Shown here: in pieces, positions 28,055-42,849 of the stretch
Numbering within the stretch: the stretch's first letter is position 1
Layout of the letters: the number at the start of each line of letters is the position of its first letter
Assembly (NCBI GenBank): GCA_964016885.1
Contig: OZ024748.1
Location: forward strand, 31,124,001-31,188,000
Length of the DNA: 64,000 bases
DNA from: Eledone cirrhosa
Lineage: Eukaryota
Direction: 5' to 3'
Program-made: the position numbers and the translations under genes
Notes under the pieces: model-generated
Seen by the model: only the letters and a program-made list of their open reading frames with translations
Databases searched by the model: none
Told to the model about the DNA's origin: nothing

Positions 28055-28230
28055 ACATTTGGCACAAGGCCAGCAATCACACAGTACATTACTGGTACTT
28101 TATTTTATCGACCCCGTAAGGATGAAAGGGAAAGTTGACCTCGGCGGAATTTGAACTCAGAATGTAAAGGGCCGTAACTCTATGCGTCAAAGCATGGTGT
28201 CTGACCCTCTACCGATACTGCCAATCCACA
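28055..28230 (-). mobile_element. tRNA-derived SINE, relatively young copy
   Basis: Reverse complement contains B box GAGTTCAAATTCC and the GGGGTCGATAAAATAAAGTACCAG domain. Confidence 0.8.
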
Positions 28231-28849
28231 TAATAATGTTGATATATATTGATGAACGTTTATTATTGTGAAATATGTTGGAAATCATTCTCAGAGGTTT
28301 TGTATTGTAGTTAACAAATACACCCTGTAGAAAGTACTCATTCATATTATTTGTCATTAAGGGCTCTTACAGGGACACAAGCTCATTTCATTGTTGAGGG
28401 TGGTGGATTGGCAGAATCAATAGAGTGTCAGACGATATGCTTTGTGTCAAAGTTACAGTCCTTTATGTTCTGGGTTTAAATCCTGCCATGGTCAACTTTG
28501 ACTTTCATCCATTCAAGGTTGATAAAAAACTAACAGTAATGCACTGGGTCTGATTTAATTGGGATTCCCCTTTCTCTTCAAATTGCTGGCCTTGAGTCAA
28601 AAGTAGAAACATTTATTTAAAGTCTATAAAACAATAGATAGAATGCTTTCTGCCATATTTTTCCAGGGACCCAACACATTAACAAAAATGGGGCTCCAAG
28701 CAAACACCGAAATAGCAGTAAAAATACTACCTGTTGCAGTAATGCTGGTCCAGTCTTTTCACAGAGGTACAAAAATAAAAAATTCAAAAGTGGTAACTAC
28801 AACCCTATCCAACAGTGCAACCACACCCCCAGTCAAAAACTGCACCAAC

Positions 28850-31100
28850 AAGATATCAGAAAACATTGTGGACGTAGTGTTTAGTAGCCACATTAACATA
28901 ATATTACAGTGGAAAAAACCCTTCTTTCAGACCATGACATAGTTCTCTGTAACCTGAGATTCCACCAGTTAAAAGCTAATCCTAGTGACCTCTCTCCAGC
29001 TCACCCATTTGATAACATGGATCTCCATAATGCCAACTGGGATGCAATCTCAAACGAGCTATCACGTGTTGACTGGTCTTTCACACATGGACACATCTCC
29101 ACCAACATCGAAACATCATGCCTGATTATTGTAGACACTGTCACAAACATATGTGCAAAACACACCCCACCAAGAAGTGGAGAATTCCCCAAAACAGAAA
29201 AACTATTATCAGAAAAATAAAAAGAACAAACCAAAAAATTAACATACTAAAATACTGCCAACAACACACACATTCGACAGCTATCGCAATGCTTGAATAA
29301 AAAAAAATATAACCTCCAGCAATGCATGAAGACCACCATCAATAACCAAAGAACAGCTGAGGAGAAATGGGCCATTGAGAAAATCAAACTCAATCCCAAA
29401 GTTTTCTTTTCATTTGGGAAAAAACACAAGGTCACTGTTTCCACTGTTGGTCCTCTAATTGATGAAAATGGCACTCTCCAAGATAATGCCAAAACCATGG
29501 GTGAGATACTGTAGAAACAATACTGCTTTCTTTTCAGCAATCTTGATATGTCTGATCTGGGCGGTATCAGTGATGTTAATCCCCAACACACTATGTCGGT
29601 CATATCGTTTGGCACCCCTGATATCTTAGCGGCAATAAACAAAATTAAAGATCAGCAGTAGGCCCCGATTGGTTTCCTGCTTGTGTCCTGAATGTGTGTC
29701 GACACCAACTTGCATCTCCACTTACTAATCTGTGGAGGAACTCACGGGATGCTGGTTATATACCTGAAAACTTAGTATCCCAGTCTGTAGTCCCAGATTT
29801 GTAAAAGGGAAACGAGTCCCTTGTAGTGAATTACTGTCCGATCTCACTCACCTCTCATATCATTAAGGTATTTGAGAGGGTGGTGAGATCACGAATAACA
29901 CACTTTCTTGAAAGTAACAATCTGCTGAACTCCAACCAACATGAGTTCAGTAATGGAAGGGACTGCCTAACACTGCTAATGCATCACTTTGATGACATAT
30001 TAAGAGCTTTGGTAGAGGGCTCCAACACTGATGTCATCTACCTTGATTTCAGCAAGGGTTGATCACAACATTCTACTGAAAAAACTATCCAACATTGGTG
30101 TCTCTGGAAAGTTACTACAATGGATCAAGTGTTTCCTGACAGACAGAGCCCAACATGTTGTAGTTGAAGGTGTACAATCAAGCCCAGCCAAAGTCCTACA
30201 AGGCACTGTGTTAGGCCCACTTCTTTTGATAGGTTAACTTTACATTTCATCCTTACGGGGGTCGATAAAATAAAGTACCAGTAATGTACTGGGTATTTGC
30301 TGGCCTTGTGCCTAAAGTAGAAACAATTATCTATATAAATGACGTTACTGATATCATCAAGCACAGCAACATGAGAATCTTTGCAGATGATTCCAAGCTC
30401 CAGATAGGTCATCAATGGAGTGGGTGACCAGACACACCTTCAGTCAGACCTACTGACTGTTATCCAATAGATGGAAAAGAACAATATGTTGCTGAACAAG
30501 GATGTATTTGAGTTAATCTACTTTGGAAAAAAAGATGCACTGAAACTCCTATATTCTCTTCCTTCTAGTGAAACTCATGGCATCCAACAACATCAGTGAC
30601 TTGGGAGTAATTGTGGACAACAACATAAGCTGGACCACTCATATAAAGAGCAAAGTTGTCATGGCAAACTGAATGTGTCCCTGGATTCTCAGAACCTCTC
30701 AGTCGAGAGATATCTACACCATTATCCTTCTTTTCTCCACTTTTGCCCGACCCCACCTTGAATACTGTTGTCCACTGTGGTCTCCCCACACGTATCATGA
30801 AAGTTGAAGCACCCCAAAGGTCAATTACAAAAAAGATAGATGGCATGACAGGCCTTCAATATGGGAGTCGATTAGAAAAGCTCAACATCACCGTCAGCGC
30901 ATAATGTGGAAAATATTCCATCAGAATTGCCCATAAAACACATTAAAACAGAAACAGACCCCATAAAATTCAAATTCCTTCAAGAAATCCCGGATATGTC
31001 TCCGTAAACAATAACTCTCTTCCTGGGTGGGCCATGATGTCCAAATCCTGATTTGAAAGACTTCACCAGGTGGTGCTATTAAGTTAGACATGGCCTGGGC
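28850..31100 (+). mobile_element. CR1-group LINE ORF2 relic, interrupted by a SINE at 30230-30327
   Basis: NPKVFFSF, NYCPISLTSHIIKVFERVV, DVIYLDFSK, QGTVLGPLL, IYIND and IFADDSKL motifs in order, with stops and frameshifts. Confidence 0.88.
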
Positions 31101-31144
31101 CAATACTAGCCAAAACCTATCAAAGTTATATATATCTATATACA

Positions 31145-31270
31145 GTTGCAATATTCTTTGAAATATCCACTTCTGTGTTTACAGATTGACTTTGTTAGTT
31201 TCAGAAGATCCCATTAAGGGTGAAAGCAGCGATTCTTTGCTTAAACTTTAATCTGTTATTTTAATAAATA
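31145..31270 (+). mobile_element. Isolated PLE 3'-tail fragment with degenerate hammerhead-like motif
   Basis: Matches 43200-43275, the tail of a Hydra-type PLE, plus an extra ~36 nt giving CAGAAGA-TCCC-ATTAA-GGGT-GAAA. Confidence 0.5.
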
Positions 31271-32220
31271 TTTGCTCTACGGTTCTTATATATTTGATAT
31301 ATATTTATCCTTATCGAGCCCTCTTTTGATTTTAGTCTTCAAATTTATTATTATTACTATACATATATATATTTATATAACCAATTGTTTACTTCCCTTT
31401 TTACAGTGGGATACTCTTCCTAACACCAACCCCATTTACAGTGTGGGACTGGATGGCACAGTTATGAGGAGGGACAGGCCAGGTTGCTTCACTGTAACCT
31501 GCTCACAGTAGAGCTATAGTTTGAGAGCTAGGTAGTCCCACTATGAGGGAGGTCTAGCCAGTTGGACTCTCAAAGTCTTACACATAGTGGAGCCTTGTTA
31601 CTGGAAAGTCTGGCCAGATGGCAGCAGTGTACCTTGCACAATATCGGGACTGCTGCTGTGTTTTGGGATCTTGGTAGACCTATTATGAAGTAGGCCTGGT
31701 CAGTTGGCAGCACCAAGTCTTGTTCATAGTAGAGCCCTGGGTGACACCTTTATGAGGCAGTTCTTGTCGGTTGGTCATACCACGCCGTGTTTATAGTAGA
31801 GCCCTAGGTGACACCTTTATTAGGAGGTTCTGGCCAGTTGGCAGTACCAAGCCTTGTTCATAGTAGAGCCCTGGGTGAGACCTTTATTAGGAGGTTCTGG
31901 TCAGTGGGCTGCACCATATCCTGCCCACATTGGAACCATAATTTGGGAGCTGGGTTGTCCCACTATGCGGGAGGTTGAGCCAGTTACTGGGTGGTCCACA
32001 TTTACAGTGGTGAGCAGGGTCTTGGGCTGAGTTGTTGACATGGGTCTTTTGTTGTACATTGTAGTGCCAGAGATCTCAGTCCTGTCTCATCTTCATTGGG
32101 AGGTTCAGCTAAGCCAGATCAACCTTTATCATCCCATATCTCCCTGGGTCTTCCTCTATTGGGGTGTCCTACAACCTCTAGTGCCTTGCACCTTTTTATA
32201 CAGCTGTCATCCTTCATACA

Positions 32221-33428
32221 TGAAGATAATATTTGATAAGATATATTTGAGAAGAATAATATTTATATTTGTGTATTGTGTATCAATAGAAGTCACCAGT
32301 GAAGCAGTTTATAACATAAGATGATGATGTATTATGTTATCAGTATAGCAGCATGTAATATATAACTAGTTTAGAAGTATAGTATTACTTTTAGCAGAAT
32401 GTAATATATAACTAGTTTAGAAGTATAGTATTACTTTTAGCAGCATGTAATATATAACCAGTTTAGAAGTATAGTATTATTTTAGCAGTGTGTAATATAT
32501 AACTAGTTTAGAAGTATAGTATTACTTTTAGCAGTGTGTAATATATAACCAGTTTAGAAGTATAGTATTACTTTTAGCAGTGTGTAATATATAACCAGTT
32601 TAGAAGTATAGTATTATTTTTAGCAGTGTCTAATATACAACCAGTTAAGAGGTATAGTATTACTTTTAGCATGTGTAATATATAACTAGTTTAGAAGTAT
32701 AGTATGTCTTTTAGCAGCATGTAATATATAACCAGTTTAGAAGTATAGTATTACTTTTAGCAGTGTGTAATATATAACCAGTTTAGAAGTATAGTATTAC
32801 TTTTAGCAGCATGTAATATATAACCAGTTTAGAGGTATAGTATTACTTTTAGCAGCATGTAATATATAACCAGTTTAAAAGTATAGTATTACCTTTAGCA
32901 GCTTGTAATATATAACCAGTTTAGAAGTATAGTATTACTTTTAGCAGTGTGTAATATATAACTAGTTTAGAAGTATACTATTACTTTTAGCAGTGTGTAA
33001 TATATAACCAGAATATGTAACAATGATGTTAACGACAACATATGTAGTTCGTGTGTAACAGAATTTATTAACAATGTTTAAGGTGAAAAGAGCTGGATTT
33101 AGCTTGGTTGGTTGGAATGCCAAAAGAAATGAACAAACAAATTATGATCTGTAAGAGAAGACACGGTCCAGTGGCTGAAGTGAGAAGCCAGGCCGCGGTA
33201 ATGTTTTATAGTTACATATTGGAATGATGTTTGCGGAGAAAAAGCAAATGGTTGTTTACCTTAGCTAAGTCAAGCTGCAAGAGAATTAATTTATATAAAA
33301 GAAGTGGGAATTTCTCCATTTGGGCGGAAGCTGAGATACATATCCTTACGCCGATAGCGATTGGCTAAACTTAGGCAAACAACATACAGAAAGGGTATCA
33401 ATCCACCAAAGGAAAGTAGCTTGCTACA
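32221..33428 (-). mobile_element. Solo LTR (TG...CA) with 4-bp TSD TACA
   Basis: Ends TGAAG.../...CTACA with TACA at 32217-32220 and 33429-33432. The empty site CCTTCATACACATCAC is seen in the paralogue at ~23154-23171. TATAAAA (~33210) and AATAAA (~33068) on the minus strand. Confidence 0.8.
32343..33010. repeat. 46-bp minisatellite (~14 copies) inside the solo LTR
   Basis: Unit CAGCATGTAATATATAACCAGTTTAGAAGTATAGTATTACTTTTAG repeated in tandem. Confidence 0.95.
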
Positions 33429-35369
33429 TACACATCACATGTCCATACATCTGCAGTCTTCTCTCCTGCACACAGCATTTGATCCCTCTTTATGCCCAGT
33501 TTCATTCTCAATTATTTTACGTTTTGCTGTTCCCACAAACTACTGTTACACATCCATTGTAACATGCAGACTTTGTTTCTTTCCAATCTCCGTAGATCCT
33601 TGGCACACAGAGCCCATGTTTCACTTCCATGTAGCATTGCTGTGTACACAGGCATTGTACAGCTTGCCTTTTATCTTGAGTGAGAGACCTTTTGTAGGTA
33701 GCAATGGCAGTAACTCGCTGAACTTTTTCCATCCTGTTCTCACTCTGGCAACTGTATTTTCTGCATAAACCAACTCCTCAGCTGATTTGGTTACCCAGAT
33801 AGCAGAAGCTCTCAACTATTTATATGGGGTCCTCTGGGTAAATGAAGAGCCTTACTTCCTGAGGGTCTTTGCTTACTACCCCTGTGCAGGGTCCACATAT
33901 GAAGTCTGTGTATTTTGCTAGCCTGCCTGTTTTCCCACAACATCTCTTGTGTACCCACAGTTTGCATTTGGGACACCGGATTGAGTTTCTACCTACGCCT
34001 TTCCTCCATACCGAGCAGGGCCATTTCCCTGAGTGGATCAGAGTCCTGTTGACTTTGAGACCTTTTGTTTCCAAGTTGTGCCTCCATGTCTGATATTTCT
34101 TCTCTAATTCTGTCATAGTCTCGACTAAGAGGGTCAGGTTGTCGGCATATAAGATATCCCATGAGCAACCAGTCTTAAATTCCAGTTATAGCCTGTAGGA
34201 CAATATTAAAGAGGAGGGGGCTAAAGATGCAACCCTAATCGACCTCCACCTGTACACTGAATTCCTCAGAATACTCATTGTTGATTGTTGAAAAGAAAAG
34301 AACGAAAACGAATCAAACAACGAAAATAATGGAAGAGGGAGAGGGACAGATGTTATATTTCAGTCTGAGCAGTGATTCAGCCCCACCCTACAGACAAAAT
34401 AGCAAAGGTGTTACCACAGAGAATAGCCAGAGACCCCAACTGCAGCATACGCCCTACTTCATGGGACTACTTTCTCAAGTGGGCTGCTGTCTTTCTAATT
34501 TTGAGGAGAAAATCAGCAGTGTGGGGACAAAGACACATGGTTAGTCAGGTCCCGGTATTTAACTATCTCCCTCTTCTCTCTATTGCAGGTAGTAAAGCCA
34601 GGGTTTGTGGCTGAAGTGAAAAGGTTGGAGGCAGGGAATGATCCAACCCATGCTAAACCTCCAACTAAAGCTACTACTTGTCTTTTTCAGCTGTGGAGAT
34701 TAGAGACATGTGGAATGATGTGTCTTGCTTAAGGACACAAAGTACATCCAAAGCTGAGAATTGAAAAATGATATTGCGATATGCTGTATGACTTCACTAT
34801 AAAATATATATGTGTTTGTATACATATATATAGCATATATTTGTGTGTAAAACATTGTCATATTCCATGAGAGTAACTTGGTCAGCCTATGAACTCTTCA
34901 GCCGAACATTATATATAAATATACATGTTTGACAGTGTGTGTGTACATATGTATATATAATGTTGTCAAAACTTCTATATAGACCATATATAATGCTGGC
35001 CAAAGGAATGGCTGAACCAGCTTGACCTCAGTGATGTCACAGCTCATCATCATTTAATGTCCAGTTTCCCTGCTAGCAAGGGTTACACAGGTTGTCTTCA
35101 AAGATCAAGGTGGGGTTGGGGTCCTCCTTTCAGTTACATATGGTCACTACTACTGGGTGTATTTTGTTGTGGCACCAATACTTAAGTGATTGTCATGTCC
35201 TTTATACAGCAGAAGGGTCCACCCAACCCTTTTTTAGCAGGTTTTTGATAGTTGGATACCCTTCCTAACATCAATATTCATCATATATATATATGTATAT
35301 ATGCAATATACAGTCTATATATATATACACTACATATATATATATGCACTATACAGTCTATATATATAT

Positions 35370-35411
<42 letters not shown>

Positions 35412-35689
35412 CTATACACTATACAATCTATATATATACACTACATATATATATATACCGTATTTCCCATCCACGAAAACGCACCCTAATTTTGACAACC
35501 TAAAATTTGAAAATAAAAAATAAACCTTCGGCCTCCAGGACGTAGGGTAGATTTTTGCAACTTATTTTAAGAAAAAAGTAGCGTATTCGACGTATATTAT
35601 GTTATCCAAAGGGAGGTCAAAGGCTGATACTATTTGGTGCCAGTATCTTCTCAACTAATATATACACACTATATATATCCTCTATATAT

Positions 35690-36240
35690 ACTGAGCAACA
35701 GTGGCAACATTGAGCTGAATATCAACTGCAGGATTGTAAAGGTGACTGCAGTGTTCCAATGGATGCACTCCATCTGGTCAAACAAAGCCATTAGCATGTA
35801 TTTTAAACTCTGCTTGTACACTAGCATTGTACTGCCCATGGCCATCTCTGACTGTGAAACATGGAAATGCACTGTGAAGATGGATTGGTCTCTAAAAACT
35901 TTCCATCAAAGGAGCCTGCATAAGATTCTAAAGGTCAGCGGGAGTGATCCTGTGGAGAGCAGGGTCACATCCACTGCAGGAGATCATCATGGAATGTTGG
36001 TTCCATTTTGCGGGTCACATTCTGCACCTCCCAAAAGATCACCCGTCCAAAACAGCGATGATATGCATTCCCTTTGAAGACAAGTGGAAAAGAGGTCGAC
36101 CGAAGATGACCTGGTGGAACACATTCCAAAATGACCCACAAACAGTCAACATCATCTGGCATAGATGTCAACAAGCTGTCACCAACTGAAATCATTGGAG
36201 ACAATTAGTTGACATATATTCCTGATGGAACAATCTGGAC
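35690..36240 (+). mobile_element. RTE-like LINE 3' fragment
   Basis: INCRI..LYTSIVLP..CETW..FHQRSLHKILKV and FAGHIL..KRGRPKMTW motifs. Confidence 0.8.
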
Positions 36241-36639
36241 TAAGAACTAAAGAGCTATACATACCATGTTATCACTATATATATATATTCAGTACACACA
36301 ATATATATAGACTATATGATGTTGTCCAAAGGAAAGTCAAAGGCCGATATAACTTGGAACCAGAGTTGTCACAACTTTTTTCCAGCTGATTGAACTGAAG
36401 CAACATGAAATAAAATGTTTTATTGTACAACAGAACATGCTGCCAAGCCCAGGAATTGAACTCACAAGTTTATCATCGAGTCCAACGCCCTAACCAATAC
36501 TCTATTATCTTTTACTCATAACTTAAAGGGATCCTGTGAAAACAGGCAATAATACACCATTGAGATGATCAACTGGTCAAATAAAATGACTATCATCATC
36601 ATCATTCACTGTCCACTATCACTAAAACATAGGAAGACA

Positions 36640-36750
36640 TGTAGCTTAGTTGTAAGAGAGTTGGATTGACAACCATGAGGTTCTGAGTTCAATTCCTAGA
36701 CTAGGTAATGTGTTAAGTCTTTCAGCAAGACACTTTATTTCACTTTGCTC
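36640..36750 (+). mobile_element. tRNA-derived SINE head + CORE-like domain
   Basis: A box GTAGCTTAGTTG, B box GAGTTCAATTCC, then AGCAAGACACTTTATTTCAC. Confidence 0.7.
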
Positions 36751-36831
36751 TATCTGTCAGTAGTTACAACTGGTAGATTGTAGATTATATCATCAATTGG
36801 AAAGTCCAATGGAAACATTGTTTCCTTGGTC

Positions 36832-37990
36832 CAATCTGATGAGTTCCACTCCACTTGGTAAGTAAGGTCTGAGTTGTTGACATTTGTTACAAAAAAAAAA
36901 AATTACTAAAATCAAGATACTGGGTTGGTATAGCTACCTGGTTTGGATGTGTTGTTTTGTGGTATGATGTGTGTCTGTTGTGTGGGATGGGGTTGTATAT
37001 TGTGGTGTGTGTGTGCAGAGTGGTGTAGTGTATAGAGGAAATTTTACACAGGTAGGACATAAAAGGGGTGTGTGAGGACTCTACCCTTTACAACCCTCTC
37101 AGGAATAAATGGTTAAAGATAAAGAGAAGAAAGTTGTAAAGTATTTTCAAATGTTAATTTTTTTTAAAAAGTCCTAATTTGAACTGTCATGATCATACCA
37201 TCCAACAAATACTGAAGTTATAAAATTGTTTTTATTTAAACATAAATGTAGATATTTTGTCAAAAATATGAATATAAACCAGTTAAGGTTTATAAAATAA
37301 ACACATTGATCTTTTGCTTTGTTTTTTGTTCAAATGATGGAGTCATAAGTGTGCCACTGTGGACATTTGAAGCTTGGTGGAGCCCTTTACTCACCAGGTT
37401 TGAACAGTTGATTTCTTCCAGAGAAGGAGAGAGAATGAGAGAGAGGAAGTGAGAAAGAAATATAGAGAGAAACAACAGTAGACTGGTACTTTTTTGTTAT
37501 CAACCTTGAATGGACGAAAGGCAAATTTGACCTCAGCAGGATGTAAACCCAGAGCAGAGAACCAGAACAGATATGGCAGAAAGCATTCCATTAATTCTTT
37601 AATAGACTTTAAATAAATATTTCTACTTATAACTCAAGGCCAGCAATTGGAACAGAAGGAGAAAGTTGATTAAATCAACCCCAGTGGATTACTGGTACTT
37701 TATTTTACTGGACCTCTGAGGAAGAAAAGTAATGCTAACCTCAGCAAGATTTTAATACAGAATGTAAAGGGATGTAACTATATGACACAAACCATATCGT
37801 CTGACACTCTACTGATTCTGCAAATCCACCACCCTCAACAATGAAATAAGAATGTTAATGAAATAAGAAACCTTAATGACAAATAATATGAAGTGGAACT
37901 TCCCCCAGAATGTATTTGTGGATTACAATACAAAAACTCTGAGAATGATTTCCAAGATATTTCACCATATTAATAAATGTTCATTAATAT
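36832..37990. repeat. Direct ~1.2-kb duplication, paralogous to 40469-41675, flanking the ZNF pseudogene
   Basis: Shared start CAATCTGATGAGTTCCACTCCACTTGG and colinear downstream blocks in both copies. Confidence 0.85.
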
Positions 37991-38369
37991 ATATTATTAT
38001 CATTATTAGGTCAGGTGGATTGGCCAGAACAATTCTACTCTCCTTTTTTAGAAGGCACAATCTTCCATGGCATTCCTGAGATCATTAATCTCCAGCTGGA
38101 CATCCAGAGACATCTGATCTATGTAGATCAATCTCAGTCATCCTACTAGGGTCTTACTTTGTTTAGGTATCCATCACAGGAGCCAGCTCATCAGGTCATC
38201 CTACCCTCAGTAGCAATGTCCGGCATATATTGTCCTCCGCTCCCTAGTTATTGTGGTAATCTTTGATATATGGGAGTATATTTCTTCCACTTGAGTGAGA
38301 TATATATACATATATATATATATTCACACACACACTCATATATATATATTGAGATGTATAAGAGAAGGA

Positions 38370-39242
<873 letters not shown>

Positions 39243-41989
39243 TTACATAAAGGATTCTCACCACTTTTACTTATATATTAAAAAATGTAGATATCGTTAA
39301 TAGATGCCATGTAGTCTAATATACAAAGGCTCCATAAAAGACTGCAGAACTCCGCTTTCTTCTTCTACAAAGTTGTAATGTAGCATTTAGTTGGTACAAG
39401 TAATAAGATATATGACAGCCCAAGGGGGGATAGAGAGATGTGTGTGTGTGTGTAGAAATATGTGTGTACGTGTTGTAATAAATCAAGATATTTCACTTCA
39501 GATAGTAAAAAAGTTCACAATGTTTGTGTTGTGATGGAAAACGAAATAATACGTACTTTGGTTTTCAAGACCAAATATTAAGTCAAGAAAAGTTAGTAAC
39601 AACTAAATGTTCACTGATTTCTGATTAAAAAGACATTTTCCTGTCCCATAAAATGTTGAACAACCACTTCAATATTTAATAATACAGGTGAGTAAACAAC
39701 AATTATAAGGTAAATAAGTCACCTGATGATATTTATAAACATTAACATTCACCTTAATATGAAATAATCATCATAAAAGAGGAAGCGATGGCATCGGCTA
39801 CCGGCACCCGTGTTGCTCTCGGGATCCTGAGTGGGATATTCCAGCGCCGCCTGGGCCAAGCGATATTGACCAGCGAGGCTTGAGCGTCAGGCAAGCTCGT
39901 TGTCTCATCTGGTGGTGTGCTAGATGGCCGTGGATGGGCAGATAAACAGGGGGTTGTTCCCAGCGGAAAGACCCAGAGTTCAGCATGCACACATGCGAGC
40001 ATGTTAGCAGTTTCTTATAGAACCTTGTGGCTAAAGGTGAGTCTTTCAATCCTGAAAACATATATGTTGTTGTTAATGTCACCGCTGCTATCACTGCCTT
40101 CCTCTTGTTAATGGCAGAGTTTACTGGTAAGATGTTGGTGTATACACATATATGTTGTTGTTGTTAATGTCACCGCTGCTGTTGCTGCCTTCCTCTTGTT
40201 AATTGTTTCTACTTTTGGCACAAGGCCAGCAATTACCCAGTGCATTACTGGTACTTTATTTTATCGACCCCGTAAGGATGAAAGGCAAAGTCAACCTCGG
40301 ATGGTAATGTTTGCTTGTAAGTTGTTGGTGTATACACATATATATTGTTATTGTTGTTGTTAATGTCACCGCTGGTGTTGTTGCCTCTTTTTATATATTG
40401 TTATATATATTGTTGCCTCTTGTTATATGTTGTTATATATATTGTTGCTGTTGTTGCCTCTTGTTAATCAATCTGATGAGTTCCACTCCACTTGGCAAAT
40501 AAGAACTGAGATGTTGAGATTTGTTACAAAAAAATCACTAAAATCAAGATACTGGTTGGTATAACTACCTGGTTTGTATGTGTTGTGGTGTGGTATGCGG
40601 TGTGGTGTGGTGTGGTATGTGGTGTTGTGTTGTGTGGTATATGGTGTGTTGTGGTGTGACATGATGTGTATATTGTGGTGTTTTGATGTGGTGTGTGTGC
40701 GCAGGGTGATGTGTTGTGTGTATGTAGTGTAAAGAGGAAATTTTACCCACATAGGACCTAGAAGGGGTGTGTGAGGACTCTACCCACTACAACCCTCTCA
40801 GAAATAAATGGGTGAAGAAAAAGAGAAGAAAATTGTAAAGTATTTTCAAATGTGAATTATTTTTTTAAAAAGTAAAAATTTCAACTGTCATGAAAGTACC
40901 ATCCAACAAATATTAAAGTTTTGCAATTGTTTTTATTTACACACGTGGATATTTTGTGATAAATATAAATATAAACTAGTTAAGGTTTACAAAGTAAACA
41001 CATACAAATACATCGATGTTCTTTATTTTTTTAAAATGATGTAGTTATAAGAGTATCACTGTGGACATTTGAAGCTTGGTGGAGCCCAGGTTTGAACAGT
41101 TGATTTCTTCCAGAGAAGGAGAGAGAATAAGAGGGAGGAAGTGAGATAGAAATATAGAGAGGAAGAACAGACCCCAGTGACGGACTGGTATTGTTTTTTT
41201 TTTATCAACCTTAAATGGACGAAAGAAAGTTGACCTCAGCAGGATTTAAACTCAGAGAGCAGAGAACCAGGATAAATATGTCAGAAAGCCTTCTATCTAC
41301 TGTTTTATAGACTTTAAATAAATGTTTCTACTTTTGACTCAAGGTCAGCAATTAAATCAGCATTACTGTTACTGTTTTTTTTTATCAACCTTGAATGGAT
41401 GAAATTCAAAGTTGACCATGGCATGATTTAAACCCAGAACATAAAGGACTGTAACTTTATGACACAAAGCATATCGTCTGATTCTTTACTGATTCTGCAA
41501 ATCCACCACCCCCAACAATCAAATGAGATTGTGTCTGTAAGAGCCCTTAATGACAAATAATATGAAGGGGTACTTTCTACAGGGTGTATTTGTTAATTTC
41601 AATACAAAACCTCTGAGAATGATTTCCAACATATTTCGCCATAATAAATGTTCATCAATATATATTAACATTATTATTTTCTGCTAGCATGTGTAGTGTG
41701 CATATTGATATTATACGCAGGTATATCTACATGTAGATATGATACATCAAATAAAATCGTAATTGACAATATATAATACATAGAAATTGAACGAAGACTG
41801 TGTTACACTCTCTTATTTAATCAGTAACGTAATCCATGATACATTAAAAAGACGATATTATATATAAACTGCATTAGGAGAAAATTAGTGACGGAAATAT
41901 ATGAATGTTTATTTAAGCGATGGCTAACCGGAAGTGTTGACATTTCAGAAATGTTAAAGAAGTGAATCTTTAAATAAACAACCGCCACG

Positions 41990-42192
41990 CTGAGCAGCCT
42001 AATTTGCATATCGAGTGAATTAATCGGCCGGGGCACCGAAAACGATAAACGGAAAAAATGAAACGAAATTTCATTTCTCACTCTTAGTACGGCTGTTACT
42101 TAAATATACGGCTTAATGCGGGATGCTTGTTTACAAACACACCGAGCATTATAATAAATGTACATACGTACATATATATATATGTGTGTATG

Positions 42193-42260
<68 letters not shown>

Positions 42261-42411
42261 TACTACTGTACGCCTGTATACATATATGTATGTACGTATA
42301 CATACTTATATTTAAGTAACAGCCGTACTAAGAGTGAGAAATGAAATTTCGTTTCATTTTTTCCGTTTATCGATTTCGGTGTCACTCGATATGCAAATTA
42401 GGCTGCTCAGC
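41990..42411. repeat. Inverted repeat (~105-120-bp arms) around a (TA)n-containing spacer
   Basis: 41990-42108 is the reverse complement of 42307-42411 apart from one ~15-nt indel. The spacer is repeated directly at ~42565-42720. Confidence 0.9.
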
Positions 42412-42716
42412 CGTTAATATACATAAGGAAAGTATATACTTTCAGACCTTCAATCATCTGGCCGGAAGGTATACGTTGCTGACGATAGCTAATAAGCTTG
42501 AAACTAGTACAGCGTTCCTTTGTCAGTGTTGAACAAATGAACAACGATGGTTGCTAGACACTGTACGGCTTAATACAGGATGTTTGTTTACAAACACACC
42601 GAGCATTATAATAAATGTTCGGTGAATCCATACGTACATATATATATGTGTGCATGTATGTATATATATACATACTACTGTACGTCTGTATACATATATG
42701 TATGTACGTATACATA

Positions 42717-42792
<76 letters not shown>

Positions 42793-42849
42793 TATATATA
42801 TATATAAATATATATATATTTCTTTAGGATTGTTGGTTCACCACTGGAT

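Larger units (their letters stand above)
31680..34290 (-). repeat. Inverted paralogue of 22660-23790 (RTE relic + 67-bp repeats), retaining RT sequence deleted in the + copy
   Basis: Near-identical reverse-complement peptides (LLPTK.LSLKIKGKLYNACV; MGLLLYI.VPE). Extra CSVWRKGVGRNSIRCPKCKLWVHKRC zinc motif. Confidence 0.88.

Noticed and set aside
35456-35600. Tc1/pogo-type MITE starting TACCGTATTT
   Set aside because: No convincing matching right TIR; too degraded to call.
36836-36860. CTGATGAG (also at ~40474) as a hammerhead
   Set aside because: No stem II or GAAA partner follows.
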